A DNA stretch of 60,437 bases, counting the filler, from Sphacelaria rigidula (lineage: Eukaryota): NCBI GenBank assembly GCA_964200075.2. It is 5 parts of 5 records of this genome, joined end to end, with 100 filler letters (N's around TTAATTAATTAA, not from the genome) between each part and the next. Parts side by side here need not be neighbours in the genome. Positions count along the whole stretch, not along the records: positions 36,326 to 48,331 come from CAXNAA020004238.1; positions 48,432 to 60,437 come from CAXNAA020004239.1; 3 more parts are not named here. The stretch is one strand, 5' to 3'. The number at the start of each line of letters is the position of its first letter. The stretch's first letter is position 1. A program made the position numbers and the translations under genes. The notes under the pieces were generated by a model. The model searched no databases and had not been told where the DNA came from. It was given only the letters and a program-made list of their open reading frames with translations. Shown here piece after piece: positions 38,560 through 52,000 of the stretch.

Positions 38560-38836
38560 AGAGCCGGAATTTGGGCTGAAAAGTGGCAAGACTCCTCATG
38601 ACCGACTCCTCATGACCGACCAACCCGTAAGTCACCTAATATTGAGTACATGTGTTTTCTTGGAATGTGGAGCGGACACGAGTATCTTCAAATTCCCAAT
38701 GTGATGAGCGGTGGCAAGCGAAAGAGCGTAAAAAAATCGACAAGTACGAAGAAAATACAAAATCAATAGTTCAGACGCTAACTACTACTCGAGGTATATG
38801 GCATGCACGACCATGAGTACACCCCCCCCTCCCCCA
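38560..38836 (+). mobile_element. Possible third family (C) with the shared ATGAGTACAC+C-tract terminus
   Basis: GGCATGCACGACCATGAGTACACCCCCCCCTCCCCC at 38800-38835; upstream body unlike A or B; 5' boundary uncertain. Confidence 0.4.
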
Positions 38837-38971
38837 CATCAGGTGGGTAACTCCCCTTAAATGAAGCCTCCTCTATTTAGGGTTGAGCATGGGATTGGTT
38901 TAATTCACGTAGAAGTTCGCATGATCTTTATTTATTTTTTGGGGGGGAGGAAGGGGGGAGGGGGGGGGGGT

Positions 38972-39583
38972 CTACGAGCTGGGCCAGCTAAGAGTAGGTG
39001 TAAATCTCGCTCAGGCGACGCACGGCGCGATATTAGGAGTTGGACGCTGAATTTTCGACACCAGCTTTTTATGATCGAAGCGCAGAAGATCACGGGACCA
39101 GCAAAGAAAAAAAGAAGAAAAAAAGAAGTTATGAGCCTTCAAAATTTCGGGAAAAACCAGATAATGTCAATGTCACAAGTCCAGGAAGAAAAGGAGAATC
39201 TGCAGCTGGACACGGGAAGAATCAGTTCCTTGAGTGCAGAAGGTCTTCCTGAAATTTCAGCTCAAGAGTCGTCGAATTGGGCCGTGCGTTCAACATATTC
39301 CGTGAGGCTGCTGCAGCCCTATAAATCAAGTGATGGGAGACTTCAAATACGGAGGTCATGAGTTCGAGTCCTCACAGATTCTCTTTGTTCTTCTTCTGTC
39401 GTTAAGGTCATACATTATGCAGTACATTTTTTTTCATATATTGTTTTCGTCCAGCGGCGGTGCCGTGTGTCACCAGGTTGGTCTACACTTCACAATGATA
39501 TGCTTACATTGGGTTAACTCGGGAAACTGGGGAAGCTGTGGTGTGAGCAAGTGTTGCAGCTCTCAAGCTGGCCCAGCTCGTAG
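38972..39583. mobile_element. About 610-bp MITE with perfect 18-bp TIRs related to the CACTA-like terminus
   Basis: CTACGAGCTGGGCCAGCT at 38972-38989 and its exact reverse complement at 39566-39583. Confidence 0.8.
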
Positions 39584-42490
39584 TATGAGTGCCCCCCCTC
39601 ACCAGAGGTCCGAGATAAAAAATGTTGGAACGTGGAGCTCGCGTGGGGGTAGAAAAAAATCGTGCACCCCAGGTTTTATGTTATATATCGGTGATATGCG
39701 TGTCTTGTCTTTCGTATGAACCAACCATAGCATCGTCAGCACCTCTGGTAGGGAGGTATCATCAGGATATTATCTGCACCCCATACTCGTACTGTATATA
39801 GTTCACCTAACTGATGGGGCAGAGGAAGTATGGTATAGAATAATAGATCTTAGACTCATGTATGCATATATCGAATCGACGCGGTGAAGGAGACCGGAAG
39901 TATTTCGCTCAGCAAGGCAAAAAAAGGTCGTCGGTGCTGTTTATTCTGCACTACTGTCTGTTGTTGTAGACTAAGACTACGATACGTATATCCTGCAGTT
40001 ACACGCGAAGGCTAGAGAGAGGCGCTTCTCCCAAGCTCAAAATATGCCCATCCAGCAACATGGTTTTCGAGGGGGTCACATGTTGACATCGACGCAGCAT
40101 ATCCTTCCCGCATACTGTTGTACTGTACCGGACGGTAGTCACTTGTTGTACTGTTTTCTGTACTACTACAGTTGTACTGTACTGTGATATGATTTCTTAG
40201 CGGCTCGCAGTAGCGTTGTAATACGGTGTGCCCTACATACCGCACTATTCTGGACAGACAGATGTTGCTGCTGCCGATGCTGCTGCTACCACTGCTGCTG
40301 CTGCTGATGATGATGATGATTCTTCTTCTGATTCAGCTGGTACTCTTGCTGGGAGTGGGTTGGCCAGGTGTTGTTGGTGAGCGACGTTGGTGGGTGTGTT
40401 CCGGATTGTGTTCGTGCCCGCGGGCTCGCAGTGCGGGCTATTTGAAGTCTGAGAATAGAACAAAAACAAATAATGTAGAATGTTCCAGGAAGTTTCATTT
40501 ATGGAATAATTCGGCGTACGGGGCATCCGATACCATGAATCTTAAATCCAGGCCGGTTGATTGGTTCGGCTGGGTCCTATCTTTGGTAACGAGCACAGAT
40601 ACTCATCCTTCCTTCGATTTACCTGTATGCGTGTGTTGCATCACCCTGTCGCGCCGGCCGCGGGCGCCGAAGTAGTAGTAGTAAGCATCAGTTTAAAATC
40701 GCAAGGTTGGTGACCTGGGTCTTACAGAAAGTCATGTTCGCCGTGAAGATGTGTTCCCGGTTCAAAACAAGTGATGGCGGTGGCATTAAATGGTTTAGTT
40801 CAACCACGACAGCGGAGTCACCATGTACACCTGTACAAAAAGCGGAGTAACTTAGTTTTTGTACTTCGCCCGAGATGCAGACATTCTCCCTACAGAGGTT
40901 CGTACAGACAACCGTACAACAGCACAATAGTGTCTTGAACTCGAGGTTCCCGACATATTTCGCAGGATCGTCTGTGAGATAAATCGGGAACCTCAATTCG
41001 AAACCTCAAATGATATTCGCCGAAACTCAAATCAAGATGAAAGGGGGGTTATGCCTGTATGTACGCTGTGCGTCCCGAAGCATCGTGCATAGCTAATCGT
41101 ACAGAAGCATTCTCTAATCTGGACGAAAAATGCTCTTGACAAGACTGGAACTGGTAGTTGTGGGGACAGTGTTCTTCAACAAGGGTTTCAAGAAACATGT
41201 TAACGATACGAGACCATCAGTTATACGGGGCCCTTTCTTTACCGTGCTGGCAGACCGCAACGCCTACTGACTCCACTGTCCAATCCATTACCCCGAGCAA
41301 GTGTATCATCTTTGACGGACGCATGGGTGCTGGATGATCATCACGGGGTATTCTGCTGACGCTACCCTTCAACACGCAGTAATACCCCGCGAGAGACTCT
41401 ACCCTTTGTGTCAGGTTCACCGTTTTTTTTCATGAGTTATGGGGTATACTACTGACTGTACTCAGAGTGACTGCCATCTGCAGTAGGAGCATGGGTTTTG
41501 ATTGATGATGGGGTATCAGGTACTGTATCGGGTAGTGGAGTAGTGGAGTAGTGGATAATCGGACCATGCATGAACCGATGTCAGATGTCCCGCATCGACT
41601 CAACCGGCAAATCTAGGTTACGCCGCATTTTTGGGAAATGACAAAAAAGCCCCCATATTCTCAATCTGCCCACGCGCGGTGTGCTCTCTTCAGCGCTCAC
41701 GCCTCCAAGGTTTGTCCAAATAGGACGGGGCAGCCCAAACATCAAGATAGGTGACGATACAATGCCGATCTGTGGAGTGCCTTGCAGGTGAAGATTGGGA
41801 TAATGGTTTGTCATAGTGTGTCAATTTCGCCATTTCCGCCCCCTAACAACAGCATACTGCCGTAGTAGCGGCTGTGCCAACAATCAGTCCCACAGCCGAC
41901 CGTATACACTCGGGCTGAATCCACCACGACGATCAGGGGCTGTGTGTAAATATTTTCTCTGCCAAGGATTGACGGCCACCAGGCCGGGCTTTGTAATCAA
42001 CCCATGCCGCAGATTCTATTGCTTGACAAAATTGTGTTACATCACACATCAATACTTGAGCCCAGTAGTACTCCTGTCCCGTCCGTCAGTCTTGACATCT
42101 GTTGCACCTACTGCTCGACTAGTTGGCCATGTTGCAGTGTGCTGTACTGTTGTTTTTCCTGTCGTCTGTCCTGTTGTTTGAACTGACGGTCTAGACTCCA
42201 CAGCAGTTATCACATGCCCATTCTTGTGCTGTACAGGCCCTTCTCGACCAGCGGCCGTTCTTGGGGCCGCCCTACGCTTGTTCAGAACCCAAATTCGAAA
42301 GTGATCAAATTTTATTCGTCTACAACCGTATGGGGGTGAATGAAGGCCTCACCGACCAAAATCCGTCGTCAACAAGAAAAAATATGAACGCGGTGGGATA
42401 TTGAAGACGTGTTGAAGACGTCATTGACTCGTCTGACCTGTGCCGAACCTGTGCCGAATCTCTGCCGAACAGAACACACGCTCCATTCGA

Positions 42491-42789
42491 AGTTACCTAG
42501 GTTTAGTATAACATACAGCTTAGCTTTACAGCTTGTGCCCTCCCCGGGCTGCCCGGCCTTTGGCGGGTGTGTGAACTGCGAACCTGCACTCACGCACCTG
42601 AAGTGTAGAAAGGACATACTCGTCGACAGCAGTAGTAACAGTTACCTAGGTTCAGTATAACATACAGCTTAGCTTTGCAGCTTTTGCCCTCCCCGGGCTG
42701 CCCAGGCTGGGGCGGGTGTGTAAACTTCGCACCTGCACGCACACACCTGGAGTGTCGAAAGGACATAATCGTCGACAGCAGTACTAACG
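42491..42789. repeat. Tandem duplication, unit about 149 bp, two diverged copies
   Basis: agttacctaggtt.agtataacatacagcttagcttt.. starts at 42491 and again at 42640. Confidence 0.9.
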
Positions 42790-44478
42790 GCAGTGTTGTT
42801 TTTTTTCGATAATATGGAGGCTGTGTTTCGACGGTTAGGCGCCAAGAAAACCCGCACCTCGCTTGTCATGACGCCGAAACTTGGAGGATGCGTTGATTTG
42901 TACTGCAGTAAGGTGTCGGAGCCGCAGCCGTGGCTGCACAAGGCGCTGATGGCCCGATCTGCATTGAAACGATGGATGCCATTCTCATCAGATTCTGTGT
43001 TTTTTACTACCTCCTGTCTGATGACAAATATAGTATGTACAACTTTGGTCAGGCTCGCAGACCGCACGGATACTTCAGGCGTCATCGTCAATCTTCGCCC
43101 AGTTAGGGATGAACGCTCGCAGAAAACCAGAAAATAAACAGCATCTGGGCCCCACCATATAGATGAAGGTCTAGGCTAAACCTTCGGCGGTCCGAAAAGC
43201 CTCTCTCATGCGACCGCTGCGTTCTGCCATAGACCCTGCCCCACGTATCTGACAAGTTGGCAAAATCCCCGTACAGACAGGAGCAATGCTGGCGGATACA
43301 AAATCCTGAGAGTCTGGCAGCCGGCAAGGTAGTTATGGTAGTGTCCTTCTAGCGATATCAACTTACAGTGCACTCTTGCAGAGTTCACAGGTGAATATTT
43401 TGGCGATTGCCTCACCTGCAGTTCGCCCAGATGTAGTGGATTTTTCCACCATCTCACCGCGCCAGATTATATGTGAAAATGTATAAGATCCTGCATTATA
43501 TGTTGAAATGTCCCAGACCCTGGACGAAGATTCTACAGTCAGTACGACCAAGGTGTTAGAAGTGTACTCTGCACAGTATAAAATATATTGCCGACCATAA
43601 TTTGTGTAGTACTCGTACCTCAAGTCGGTAACTGCAACGCTACACTTCGAGACAACTACAGTGTTTAAAAATCTTCAGGGTATGAAATGCTACAGGCGGC
43701 TTTCGCGCCATAGCGGCTGTATTATCATACAGCTTTGTCTAAGATATAGGCAGCCATGACAGCAGCAGAAACGGCCATTCACTCCTGCGTGCGCAATCTG
43801 GGGCAAACGCACGCTGTAGCTGCAACACGGACAGCTTTACAAATGATATCCCGCGTACACGTCGACCGCAGATACAAGCGGTTGCGTTCATGATGTGGCG
43901 AACTGCATAGGACGGCGCGAAATCAATGCAGCACAGGGATAGGCTAAGGATGTGACGTTCTGTGGTGTGCTTTGTCACCCTGCACCCGGCCGCTGTGCAG
44001 TGAGCAGGTAGTGTCGCCGATGGCGTAACGCCGCGGTTGGTACGCAGTGTCAAACACATGGCAGCAAACAGCATATTTGATGTACAACAGACGAGGATGT
44101 GTGTCTCAAGGCCAATGCGCACAGAGTGGGACCTGCATCTAGAGAACCCTGCACCAACTCGCCCTGTTCTAGCGGATACATGAACCTTTTCAGCAAAAAA
44201 CGCTTGCAACGTGTGCTGTAACGAATGTTACGCGTCATGCAGCTTTCTCCCATACATAGCATCGCCCATAAAGCGAGCTGTCAGAGCGAACAGTGCCCAA
44301 CCCTCTTACCACGATGACCCCCTGTCTGAGCTCGAGATAATTGAAACTGTGGAACATGACTTCAACTAGTAGAAAGTACACCTCACCGTGATAAAAGCTT
44401 CCACATTATCGAAAAGGAACAACACTAGTAATAGGGTAGTAACCGTCTTGCTGCCCTATCTGCTGCTTACGCTCGACG

Positions 44479-47400
44479 ATGATGACGGCACTGAATCCTG
44501 ATGCGGCGGAATATTCCCCAACGACTAAATATGCCTCGGCTACACAGCCCGCGGCAGCGGCACCAGGTAACCGTCGCCGAAAGCGTGGGATACGTAGCAA
44601 GGAGAGTAGATCTGCTAGGTATCTACACGTGTGTAAGCACAAGGAACGATGTGGTGGTGGAACCGTCGAGGCATGTCGGGACTGCTGCCCCCGAAACCAT
44701 GTCTGCTAACAAGCACGCACGGAGCAGTGTCCATTTCAGAACAGAAATAAAATACTTGCATGGAAAGAGATGGAAGAGAAGAAAAAACACGCCGCACGAA
44801 GAAAGAGGCGTAGGAGACGAGCAGCTTGGAGGGCTGCCGATAAGAGGAAAACGACTGCGAAGGCGAGGGCCAGGATCGGCGAGCTTACTGCCGGTACCTA
44901 CATTGTTCGCACGCTCGCCTTCAAAGGTGCGAACGGCATTGGCCACAGTGAAATGGTCCTGAAACCATGTCAGAGTCTGGGATGCGATATCGTAGGGTCG
45001 CAAGAAACCAGGAGAAATGGTCAATCGGTGTTCATTGCGGCGGGATTCACGGTATTTTGTTGTGGTGGCACAAGCGGGGCTAAGGGAAGGGCAGGACAAC
45101 ATGGGTAGGGATCACTATCACGGAGTCAATCCTGGAGATGGGAGGAAAAGGTTCAACAGTCGAGTACCTCAGTGCTCGACTTATGAAGGTGAAACTTGAA
45201 CTACACGGCAAATCCAACCCAGTATCATTTATAGTTAGGTATGCCCCGACGGCGACCGCTCTGCTGCGCGATAAGAACAAGTTTGGGGATGACGTATCCG
45301 ATTTTGTCTCACAAGTACCTGGCAAGGAAAATCTATCCGTCATGATGGATGCCAACGCCCGCACTGGAAAACAAGGAGAGGGGGGTGGAGAGAATGATAG
45401 CAAGATACTTGGCGAATACGGGCGGGACGTACTGAACAATAACGGTGAGAGGCTACTGTCCTTCACAGAGGAGCAACGTCTTACTGTGCTCAATACGTTC
45501 TTCAGAACACTCAAGTGGGGCATCTCGTGCACTTCTCAAGCTCCAACGCTGGGAAGGGACGCTGTCGCCTTGACTACATCCTCACAAGACAGACGGACCG
45601 AAAACTCGTACGCAACATTTCCGTCCGCCGTCCACCACCCGGAAAACGCGAGTCTGACCATAACCTCGTATCTGCAAAAGTCCGGCTCCGTGGGCGCTTC
45701 GCGCCCAATCGCAAGATATGGAAACATGCATCAAGACGCAGAACGGCTGACCTCGAAAGGCTGATCGCTGACCCGACGTTGAGAGCAATGACGTTGCAAA
45801 CGGCCTTCCCTCTCGACCCCTTGCCTATAGATGCTACCGCCGCTGACATGGCTGCAGGCCTCACCAAGACGCTGATATCCGCCCCAGCAGACACCGCGCC
45901 CCACGAGAGAAACCAACGAGGCTCCCACGGCTGGTGCGCGAGTGTCGAGGCCAAGGCAAAGATCTACACTCCATGGATGGCGAAGGAAAAAGCACGGAGG
46001 GCATCGATGTCAACGCCCACTGGCACCAACCTAAAAAAACCTTGAAGAAGCCTAACAAGGAACTTTGTCGTGTTAGAGCACATGTGGTGGAGAGATTCTT
46101 CGAGACCTACGTCAGCCGACTTGAAGCGCACATGGCGAGAGGTGACCAACGCGATTTCTACAGGCATCTGAAGGAAATCGATGTCGAAGGGAGGAAACCA
46201 TGTAGCCCACAGCAGCAATATATCCGCGACAACAAGGGTCAAATGCTCAGAGACGTGAAGGTCATCCGCCCGCAGTGGGTACACTGGTTTCACATCCTCC
46301 TCAACACCAAGTCGCCCCGCCCCGCCTCAACCCAGTAATCATCGACCAACTCCAGGCGCGGCTTCTGAGCACGTTGCTACACGAGGTGCCTACGATAGAC
46401 GAGACAGCGGATGCCATACGATCTATGTCCAACGGAAAAGCCGTTGACCCAGATGAACTGCCGGCTGAACTGCTGAAGATACTCCTCGACGGCGACGACA
46501 CTAGCCGACTACAGAGATTCCATGCTATCAGTGTTGATATCTGGGGCGGAACAGCCGTACCACCACAATGGACGGATGCTACCATCATCGTGCTCCACAC
46601 AAAGGGCGATCGGACGGAATGCGGAAATTACAGGGGAATTTCACTCGTGTCATACGCCGGCAGAGTGCTCCTCAAGATAATCGCCCGCCACCTAAGCACC
46701 TATTGCGAGGACAATGGAAATCTGCCTAAAGAGCAGTGCGGCTTCCACCCCGGACGCTCAACCCTCGACATGATGTTCACCGTCCGATGACTCCAGGAAC
46801 TTGGCCGGAGACGACAGATCTCGCTCTACATATGTTTCGTCGACCTCACGAAAGCAGACGATTCTATCGACCGCCCATTGCTGTGGAAACTTCTGGAACG
46901 CTTTGGCGTCCCACCCATCATGCTCTCGATTATTCGCCAATTCCACGATGGTATGCAAGCTCGGGTGCGCACGAATGACGGAGAATACTCGGAATGGTTC
47001 GACATCGACCAGGGCCTCCGACAGGGATGCGCCCTAGCACCACTGCTCTTCAACATTTTGTTGACGGCAGTACTCACGGCGGCCCTGGCAACCTCCCGTG
47101 ATGTACCTAACATCTCGGGGGACCCGGTGCGAGTCCGAAAGCGCGAAAAGGGAGATTTCCAACAGGAATGTGCGGTAGCATCGGTCGAGCCAGACGTGGC
47201 CACAGCAATCGCGGCGGAAGAGGTGCGGTCCTTATGGAGTATGCTGTACGCCGATGACGCCTGCATCATCCCGCGGACATCATCGAGCTTCGAGAAGATG
47301 ATGAAGGGGATTGTGACGATCTGCGGAGAGTTCGGGTTGACCGTGTCGGTAGCAAAGACGAAGACCATGCGACTGCACTCACAGGCGGGGGCACCTCGAA

Positions 47401-48260
47401 ATCAACGCGGTTGGCCAGGTATACAAACAAACAGACAGCTTTGTATACCTGGGGAAATTACGGAAAGCGGCGACCTCTCGGTGGAAATCAAAAAGCGCGT
47501 ACAGCGGGCATGGTCGAGCTACCACCAGTACAAAGTCCGACTGTACAATCGAACGAACGCGGCCGTCTACCTCTCAAGGTCCGCATAATCAAAGCCGAGG
47601 CTGTTGAAGCGCTTTTGTACGGGTGCGTCACGTAGACCCCTCTCAAAGGTCGCAACAATCTACTGCGCACGGCCCACCATGCGTTGCTCAGGCGCTGCCT
47701 TGGATGGCACAAGCGCAATCGCACATACCACGTTCTGTCATACCGAGAGACCCTCGCGAGAACAGGGTGCGAAAGCGTCGAGACGACGGTGAGGAAGAGG
47801 AAACTCCATTTCGCCGGTTTCGTCATGCGCATGTCACCCGGACGGATACCGAAACACGTCATGTTCGGTGAAGTTATAGCCGTGAAGAGACAAGAAAGAG
47901 AGTTCAGCGGCAGGCACAAGGACTGGATCCGCTGCCTATCGGAAGACATGAAGGCGTTCGGTATCGAATGGCAGGGGTGGTCTACCAGAGCCTTGAATGC
48001 AGTAGAGTGGCACAGCTGTGTTGAACAGGGGGCACAAAGGGTAATGGTGGACTGGTGCCAAAAAGATGACGCAGAGGCAGCGATACGGCATGCGAAAGCT
48101 GCAGGCCAAGATGCACCGACAGCACCTGGGACCGACAGTACCAACAGCAACTGATCATAGCCTACGCCAGATACGTAAAGCATTGCGTTTGGTTCCCATC
48201 TCTGATTTGTCCATCTTTTGTTCGTGGTGGTGTCTTGTCTGTTTTTGTTTCGTCTGTGTC
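44479..48260 (+). mobile_element. Near-full-length RTE-clade LINE (APE endonuclease + reverse transcriptase), inactivated by frameshifts and stops
   Basis: APE motifs QETRR, YAPT, DANARTG, NNGERLL, LDYIL, SDHNLV; RT motifs [43 protein letters not shown]-terminal RKRKLHFAGFVMR..RIPKHVMFG; T-rich tail. Confidence 0.93.
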
Positions 48261-48331
48261 GCTTCGACTCAGCACGAGCTAGCTCAACAAGAGTTTTTCT
48301 GTTTTGTCACTCAGGGAAACAGGGTGGGGCG

Positions 48332-48431
48332 NNNNNNNNNNNNNNNNNNNNNNNNNNNNNNNNNNNNNNNNNNNNTTAATTAATTAANNNNNNNNNNNNN
48401 NNNNNNNNNNNNNNNNNNNNNNNNNNNNNNN
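48332..48431. other. Artificial contig-joining spacer
   Basis: Same 100-bp N44-TTAATTAATTAA-N44 structure. Confidence 0.98.
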
Positions 48432-48697
48432 CCCCCACTGCCACCGACAAGAACATTAAAAGTCCTACCATGACAAATACTACCATCAGGTGTCATCAAC
48501 AACCAACCCCCCCCCCCCCCCCCCCCTTTGAAGATGCACACTAGTCGTGCTGGACTCCGCTGCCGAAGAACTTTTTTTTCCTCCCCTCGACTTCGCGTTT
48601 TTTTTCGTGTGTTGATGTTGTGTGTGTGTGTGTGTTATGTTCCCCGTGTAAACTTTTGTGCTTTTTTTATCGCGTATGGAACCAAAAAGTTGACAAG

Positions 48698-48977
48698 GTG
48701 GTACGACCTTCTGAACGAAGATGAGGTCTACGACCGCGACAACATCTTGGGGGAGATTGAGCTTACGGTGCAGTGGTACAGCGATCCCAGCGCAGGCGAA
48801 CTGGCCAAATGGCAGCAGGGCTGGTTCGAAGCCCTCCGGCGCAAGATAAGTAAGAGCTGTTTGTGGATCACCGCAAAAATAGTGGTTCCATGTTGACCTG
48901 TAAGTATGCACCATCATATCAAAGTGAGTCGACGAACCTCCACGACGGACTGCCGAAGTGTTGATCGATCGATTGAT

Positions 48978-49073
<96 letters not shown>

Positions 49074-52000
49074 CGATTGATCGATTGATTGATTGTCGCA
49101 CTTTACCTGACCCCCGGGGGGTCCAGCCGTGGTCTCACGATAGACGTACGCGAGAAAAATGGAACTGAAACACGCTCTGAAAAAAGAAGGAACAGGAAAA
49201 AAAGGGGGGGTCGAACAGAACGACATAGCAGACTCAGTCGTGACAAAAAAAATAATAAAAAGTCAACACAAGCAAAGCACAGAAAGAAATGCCCGACCTA
49301 AAAACAAGAAAAATGGAAAAGAAGAGAAAAGTACAGAGCAAATAAAAAAAAATACAATGAAACGATGGGAGAAAAAAGCAAACAAAAAAAGGGAGGAAAA
49401 AAAAGAAGGAAAAGGCCCAAGGGATTCAGGGTAGCAGAGTAGATACAGACACACACCAGTGGGTACCGCAGAGCCACCGACTAAGGACATAATCAACAAC
49501 CGATATGGGCGGACAGGATTTTCCGATTGGCAGCCCTCGACGTAGCAGCCTCTCGCTTGTGACGGCAGTCTCATTCTCGCTTGTCGGCGCGTCGCCACGT
49601 GTCCTCAAACTCTTCCGCTCCCTTTTCGACTCCAATACGCCATTTGGCCAGGTCCTTCGCCGCAGTGACCCAATCGTATGCATTGTTAACCTCTGCACCG
49701 TAGCCGAAACACTTTCGTCGGGCTCCTTTGTGCGGGACAGCCCCTAGCGCACGTAGGTACTCCTTTAGGGTATCCTCCAATTGCTTGGGGGGGCGGCCGA
49801 CCTCCTTGGGTCCTCGTGTGGAAAGCCGACCGTTCATAACACGCTTGGGAAGGCGTGTGTCCTTCTGCCGGACGAGGGCTCCCGCGAAGCAGAGTCGACG
49901 TTTGCGGATAGTCGCCTCGATACGTTCGCAGTTGGTCATCTCGACCACCGGTCTGTACGAAAAAGTCTTGTTACCATTTCGATCGTACCTGCGGGATCCA
50001 ACCACTCGCAGCAAGAGCTTGTGATGGGCAGTGCGCAGACTGTCGAAGTCCTCAAAACGTAGCGTCCATGTGGCACACCCATACAACAAAGCTTCCACCA
50101 CCTCCGCTTTAAGCAGTCGAACTTTCAAGGATAGCTCGGCGTTGGGTCGGTCGTAGAGTTGGAGCTATATTTTCGGATACGCGAATAACATCCGAACTAC
50201 CAACGTGTAGTGTCTAGTTGTTTTTTGTCGTGCTTTGCTTTGCTTTGCTTTGCTTTGCTTTATTTTGTTTCGTTTCGTTTCGTTTGCTTCCTTGCTTGCT
50301 CTTGTTTTTGTTTTTGTTTTCGTTTTTTTTTGTTCCACTCTATAATTTGCGTCTGTTCCACCTTTCTGTTTTGTCCACCTTCCTGCAGCGATCGTTCCCG
50401 CTTTGTCTAATCTCGGGAACGTCTATCGCGCGACCACTGCTTGATCCCTGGCGGATCAGTGAATGCGTGACAACCAGTCGATATAATCAATTCATGTAGA
50501 AGCTGCGAGTGCCGAGGGAGGTAGGGAGAGAGGTGAACTGATCTCTCGACACTATTAGTGCCATACACTCGTCTCGAGGGAGGGGGGCGGGGGTGAAATG
50601 AGAGTGCCACAAAAGCGATGTGGCCACCTCTACTCTGTGGATAGACACGGTGCGAGCGTTCATCGGATTTGCCGCTGCGCAATGGTTCGCAGGTGGATGG
50701 GGTAATGACAGACACAAGCCTAGACTATATCCTTTCACAAAGGGATCGATAGGATCGTATCGCCACACACACACACACACACACACGTGAGAAGCATTGA
50801 ATCGTTTTGCTTCTTCAAAACCAAAAAACGTATACTTTCTCTGTCCCAAAGGTCTTGAATGGTTATGTTTGCACGGGCCCTTGACCATATTCGTTTTTTT
50901 TTTTGTTCTGTCATTGTTTTCGCGTGCTTTTAGTTGAATCCAACGTTGTTTTTCGACAGCTAGGGCCCGACCTATGCAGCCGAACGGCCGCTAAAACATC
51001 AGTCGGTTCGAAAATGGCCGCAAGTCGCCCTTCTCCGGGGGCAAAAAAAAAGGAAAAATGGACCCCCCCCCCTCCCCCCACACCCCCAAAACCCTGTATC
51101 TTTTTTCAANNNNNNNNNAATGGACCCCCCCCCCTCTCGCCGAAATCTCTTCGTTTCGGCGTCTTGTACAGAAGCTAGCCACCTCTCGTCCTAAACCAGC
51201 TTTTCCACGTCATCACTTTTATTCAGCACGAAACGGCAGAAATCGGTTGAATTTGGCTAAAACCGGATTCAATGTGGCCAAAACTGGGTCAATTCTGCCC
51301 CGAAAATGTATGTCGTTCGTTCATATACCGTCTGATCACGTGATGAAGAGCAGAGAGAAATCGCGTTGGTTCTTGTGGGGGTCCGATCTGCACTTTTCTA
51401 GCAGTTTAAATATTATATTTCGAGCGAGCACCTTACAATCGCACACAGGCAGCATCGTGGGACTCTCTCGTACGAAGAAAACAACAAGTAAAACGGAGAA
51501 ATGAAAGGCATATCCTCGGAGGTTTCAGCTAAATGCGAGCCTGATTGTCGTCAGGCGTTGCGTTTCTGTAGGTGGGCAGAGGTATATCATGTCAGTTGCA
51601 TGAATCAAACCAGTATTGATGTGGACAACAGCTTATCGATTCCTAGACGGACACTTGTGGGATTTCCCCCCTTCCCATGTGGTGGCACCCATATCACTCC
51701 TCCTATCTATGAGCGTCTTCGAACGTTTTTTGAGCGAGAGTTGGGTATGTACACCTTCACCTTTCTTCCCCTATCGCCCATGTGTGCTGGGTCCCCAAGC
51801 CAATCATTGCCCACGGAAGCTTTTCCCCGCGAGTCCGCGAACTTTCCTTCGAAGCCTCTTCTGCTACGAAGTCACCCACCAGTTGCGTGGACCCCCACCT
51901 TTTTTACGACTCTTTCGTCTGCACTTAACTTTTTAGTCACTCTTTGGTGGGAGCCGGGAATCGAACCCTGGACGTTCTGTCAATGAATCGTACGAGTCAG

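Noticed and set aside
40245-40450. Possible terminal exon on the minus strand (..ESEEESSSSSAAAA..)
   Set aside because: Mostly trinucleotide microsatellite; no recognisable domain or partner exon
48486-49226. 246-aa ORF with SINQ repeats
   Set aside because: Translation of the (GATT)n microsatellite, antisense to a ferlin exon
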